NCBI GenBank assembly: GCA_026770705.1
Contig: JANJGN010000034.1
Coordinates: forward strand, 6,572,001-6,636,000
DNA from: Isurus oxyrinchus
Taxonomy: Eukaryota
Direction of reading: 5' to 3'
DNA length: 64,000 nucleotides
Part shown: positions 62,702-64,000 of the stretch, piece by piece
How positions within the stretch are numbered: position 1 is the stretch's first letter
Layout of the letters: the number at the start of each line of letters is the position of its first letter
Notes under the pieces: generated by a model
The model's input: the letters and a program-made list of their open reading frames with translations, nothing else
Databases searched by the model: none
What the model was told of the DNA's origin: nothing
Program-made: the position numbers and the translations under genes

Positions 62702-63300
62702 GCACATAAGATACTAGACACCACGATTTATCTTACATGCGTGCATCATGGAATATTATTGTATGATTCAACTGTCTTTATTTAAAGGTTGTATAGACAT
62801 TTTCGGATAGTACTATTGCCACTATGACTCTGAACTGTTGAAGCTTCAAGAAAGACTATGTGTCTAACAGCAGATTGTACATATTGTATCAATGCTGAAG
62901 ATTACTATGAGATGCGTTTTTTTGTGTTTGCGTGTGAGTGCTGGATTGCGGGTGAGTTCGCACTTCCTGGTCCTCATTGTTCAGGAGTTATCAGATTACA
63001 CTGTTCTATGATGACAAGGCTGGAAGTTGTTTGCAGGAGACAGAGAGCAGCGCGGTTAAGTTTGGCCTCGAGTGTGTAAAGCTCTAAAGCCAGGGTCAAG
63101 TAAGAGGTACTAATTGTTGCAGTGCAAATTAATTTGTTGATATAGATAATATTGTTTAGTGCTAAGATGAAGGATAAAATGTGGCGTTCATGTGCAGTTG
63201 CTGTGATTTGCATTGTGGCCTGCATGATGTAATTGACCATGCGGAGGTATTAATAGGCAAATTCACCTGCCTGACTCCTTTTTATCAATGTTAGTGGAAA
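62702..63300 (+). pseudogene. Copy B last recognisable exon (TAGT end and C-terminal domain)
   Basis: SFKKDYVSN~PFSRCHVHN; LCLRVSAGL~FNLRVHSAGL (62928-62948); VWPRVC..KPGSSK~VVPAQYICAPDSK; VICIVACMM*L~VLSVDCYLNL. Confidence 0.7.
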
Positions 63301-63937
63301 ACTTAACGGAGATTTGTGCATATTAGTCATTGGAGTTCCATTCAAAAAAGATTAATCTTCAATTAGCTGCAAACAAGTTGATATCTGAAATTATAGCATA
63401 AGTGCTGGGAAAACTCAATGGGTCTGGCAGTGTTTAAGGAGATTGAAGCAACGTTAACGAGTCGAGTCCGTAAGGCACTTTTTTAAAGATGAAAGGTAAA
63501 ACTGCGCCCGGTTTTATGCTGTTAATCAGGTCGAGTGTGTGTGTGGTGTGGAGCAGCTGGAGCAACATAGCAGGTCAGCGATATGTTTGAGGGTAGCAGT
63601 GGTAAACTGACAAGGACGTCTTGGACACAAGGCACATGAGAGTAGTAAATGACTAAAGCAAGTGTTAATAGCAGCAGTAAGGTCATAATTATGAATATAA
63701 TAATGGCAGAACAAGAGTCAGAGCTTTCTGAAATCAAAGTGTTGGAACAAGGTACAGACTGACGCTTGGGGAAGGAGGCAGAGTGGTGATAGAAAAAACA
63801 AACAATGAAATGATGAAAAATTTCTTGGTCCTAAGATGTTGAAGCCAATGTTAAGTCCAGAACTATGGAAAATGTGTAATCGGAAGATTAGATGCAGTTT
63901 CCCGTTATTCATGGGCATTACTGGGACATTGTAGCAG

Positions 63938-63967
63938 GCCAAATTCAGAAACGCGAGCATGAGGACT
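63938..63967 (+). CDS. Candidate 30-bp phase-1 micro-exon (G)QIQKREHED
   Basis: gtagcag|...gaggact|gtaagt; strong donor, weak pyrimidine tract. Confidence 0.4.
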
Positions 63968-64000
63968 GTAAGTGAATTAAACTGAAAAGAGAGGTCAGGG

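Larger units (their letters stand above)
11732..63300 (+). pseudogene. GREB1/GREB1L-family pseudogene, copy B (near full length, may extend to ~63700)
   Basis: About 20 islands in GREB1 order: QLERKLHYNVTEVL~RFEEVLHNSIEASL; PIVLCGI..IAIG~HLLVCAV..ALLG; HCGKR~GCGKK; RYYLTR~KYYLVR; CKPLVW..NCFQLC~AKPVIF..NFPYLC; I*PSSHGECRNLLTLY~IQPISEEMQLLLTVY; QQTFVKSWPES~EQIFLRSWRES; LAGSSCNNGV~LAASSCNDSV; ELLQLAQKK~VLLELGLKK; KEFQGFKTQVTEDTATCYGIL~TKFKAFLQNSFQNPHTLFVLI; ALGK~ALGK; FPNPRVI*KSS~LPSPSVMWASS; VLYRQ~YYRQ; TY*TFL~AYLQFL; LGAEI~LGEEI; AVGFKKPSLCKLECEILE~GVGAAHFLIKELSYHNLE; LRVSAGL~LRVHSAGL. Many stops and frameshifts. Confidence 0.85.

Noticed and set aside
1-63300. GREB1-like exons rescued by RNA editing or recoding (some stops fall at Trp positions, e.g. 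VI*KSS)
   Set aside because: There are also many frameshifts, CAA>TAA-type stops, a lost start codon and an intra-exonic 4.6-kb LTR element; ordinary decay explains the pattern.
1-64000. CRISPR arrays, rRNA, tRNA genes, prokaryotic operons
   Set aside because: No regularly spaced repeats or structured RNA genes were seen; tRNA-like boxes belong to SINEs; the sequence is intron-rich vertebrate DNA.

Overview
AT-rich, repeat-dense vertebrate genomic DNA. The repeat families (CR1-group LINEs with a partner tRNA-SINE, a Deu-type SINE, Penelope-like terminal repeats, Gypsy) look like those of a cartilaginous fish (shark/ray); this is an inference. None of the supplied ORFs is a real full gene. 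Manual translation of the non-repeat islands shows two overlapping + strand structures. (1) Two tandem, highly divergent, heavily decayed GREB1/GREB1L-family genes (circularly permuted SF2 helicase plus TET/JBP-associated glycosyltransferase family). Copy A is the 3' half only (<1-~9000). Copy B is nearly full length (~11730-63300+), with about 20 blocks colinear with human GREB1 from N- to C-terminus. Both carry many stops and frameshifts, and a full Gypsy LTR element (52043-56695) interrupts an exon of copy B. (2) Interleaved with copy B on the same strand are at least 11 stop-free, phase-1/phase-1 micro-exons of 24/27/36 bp with canonical AG/GT sites. Spliced in order they give a continuous E/K/L-rich coiled coil with a recurring 27+36 nt (21 aa, three-heptad) module, suggesting a possibly live micro-exon gene running through the dead GREB1-like locus. 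GREB1 comparisons were made by eye against the human sequence as recalled and need tBLASTn/HMM confirmation. Repeat coordinates are approximate. There is one assembly gap (10405-10600).
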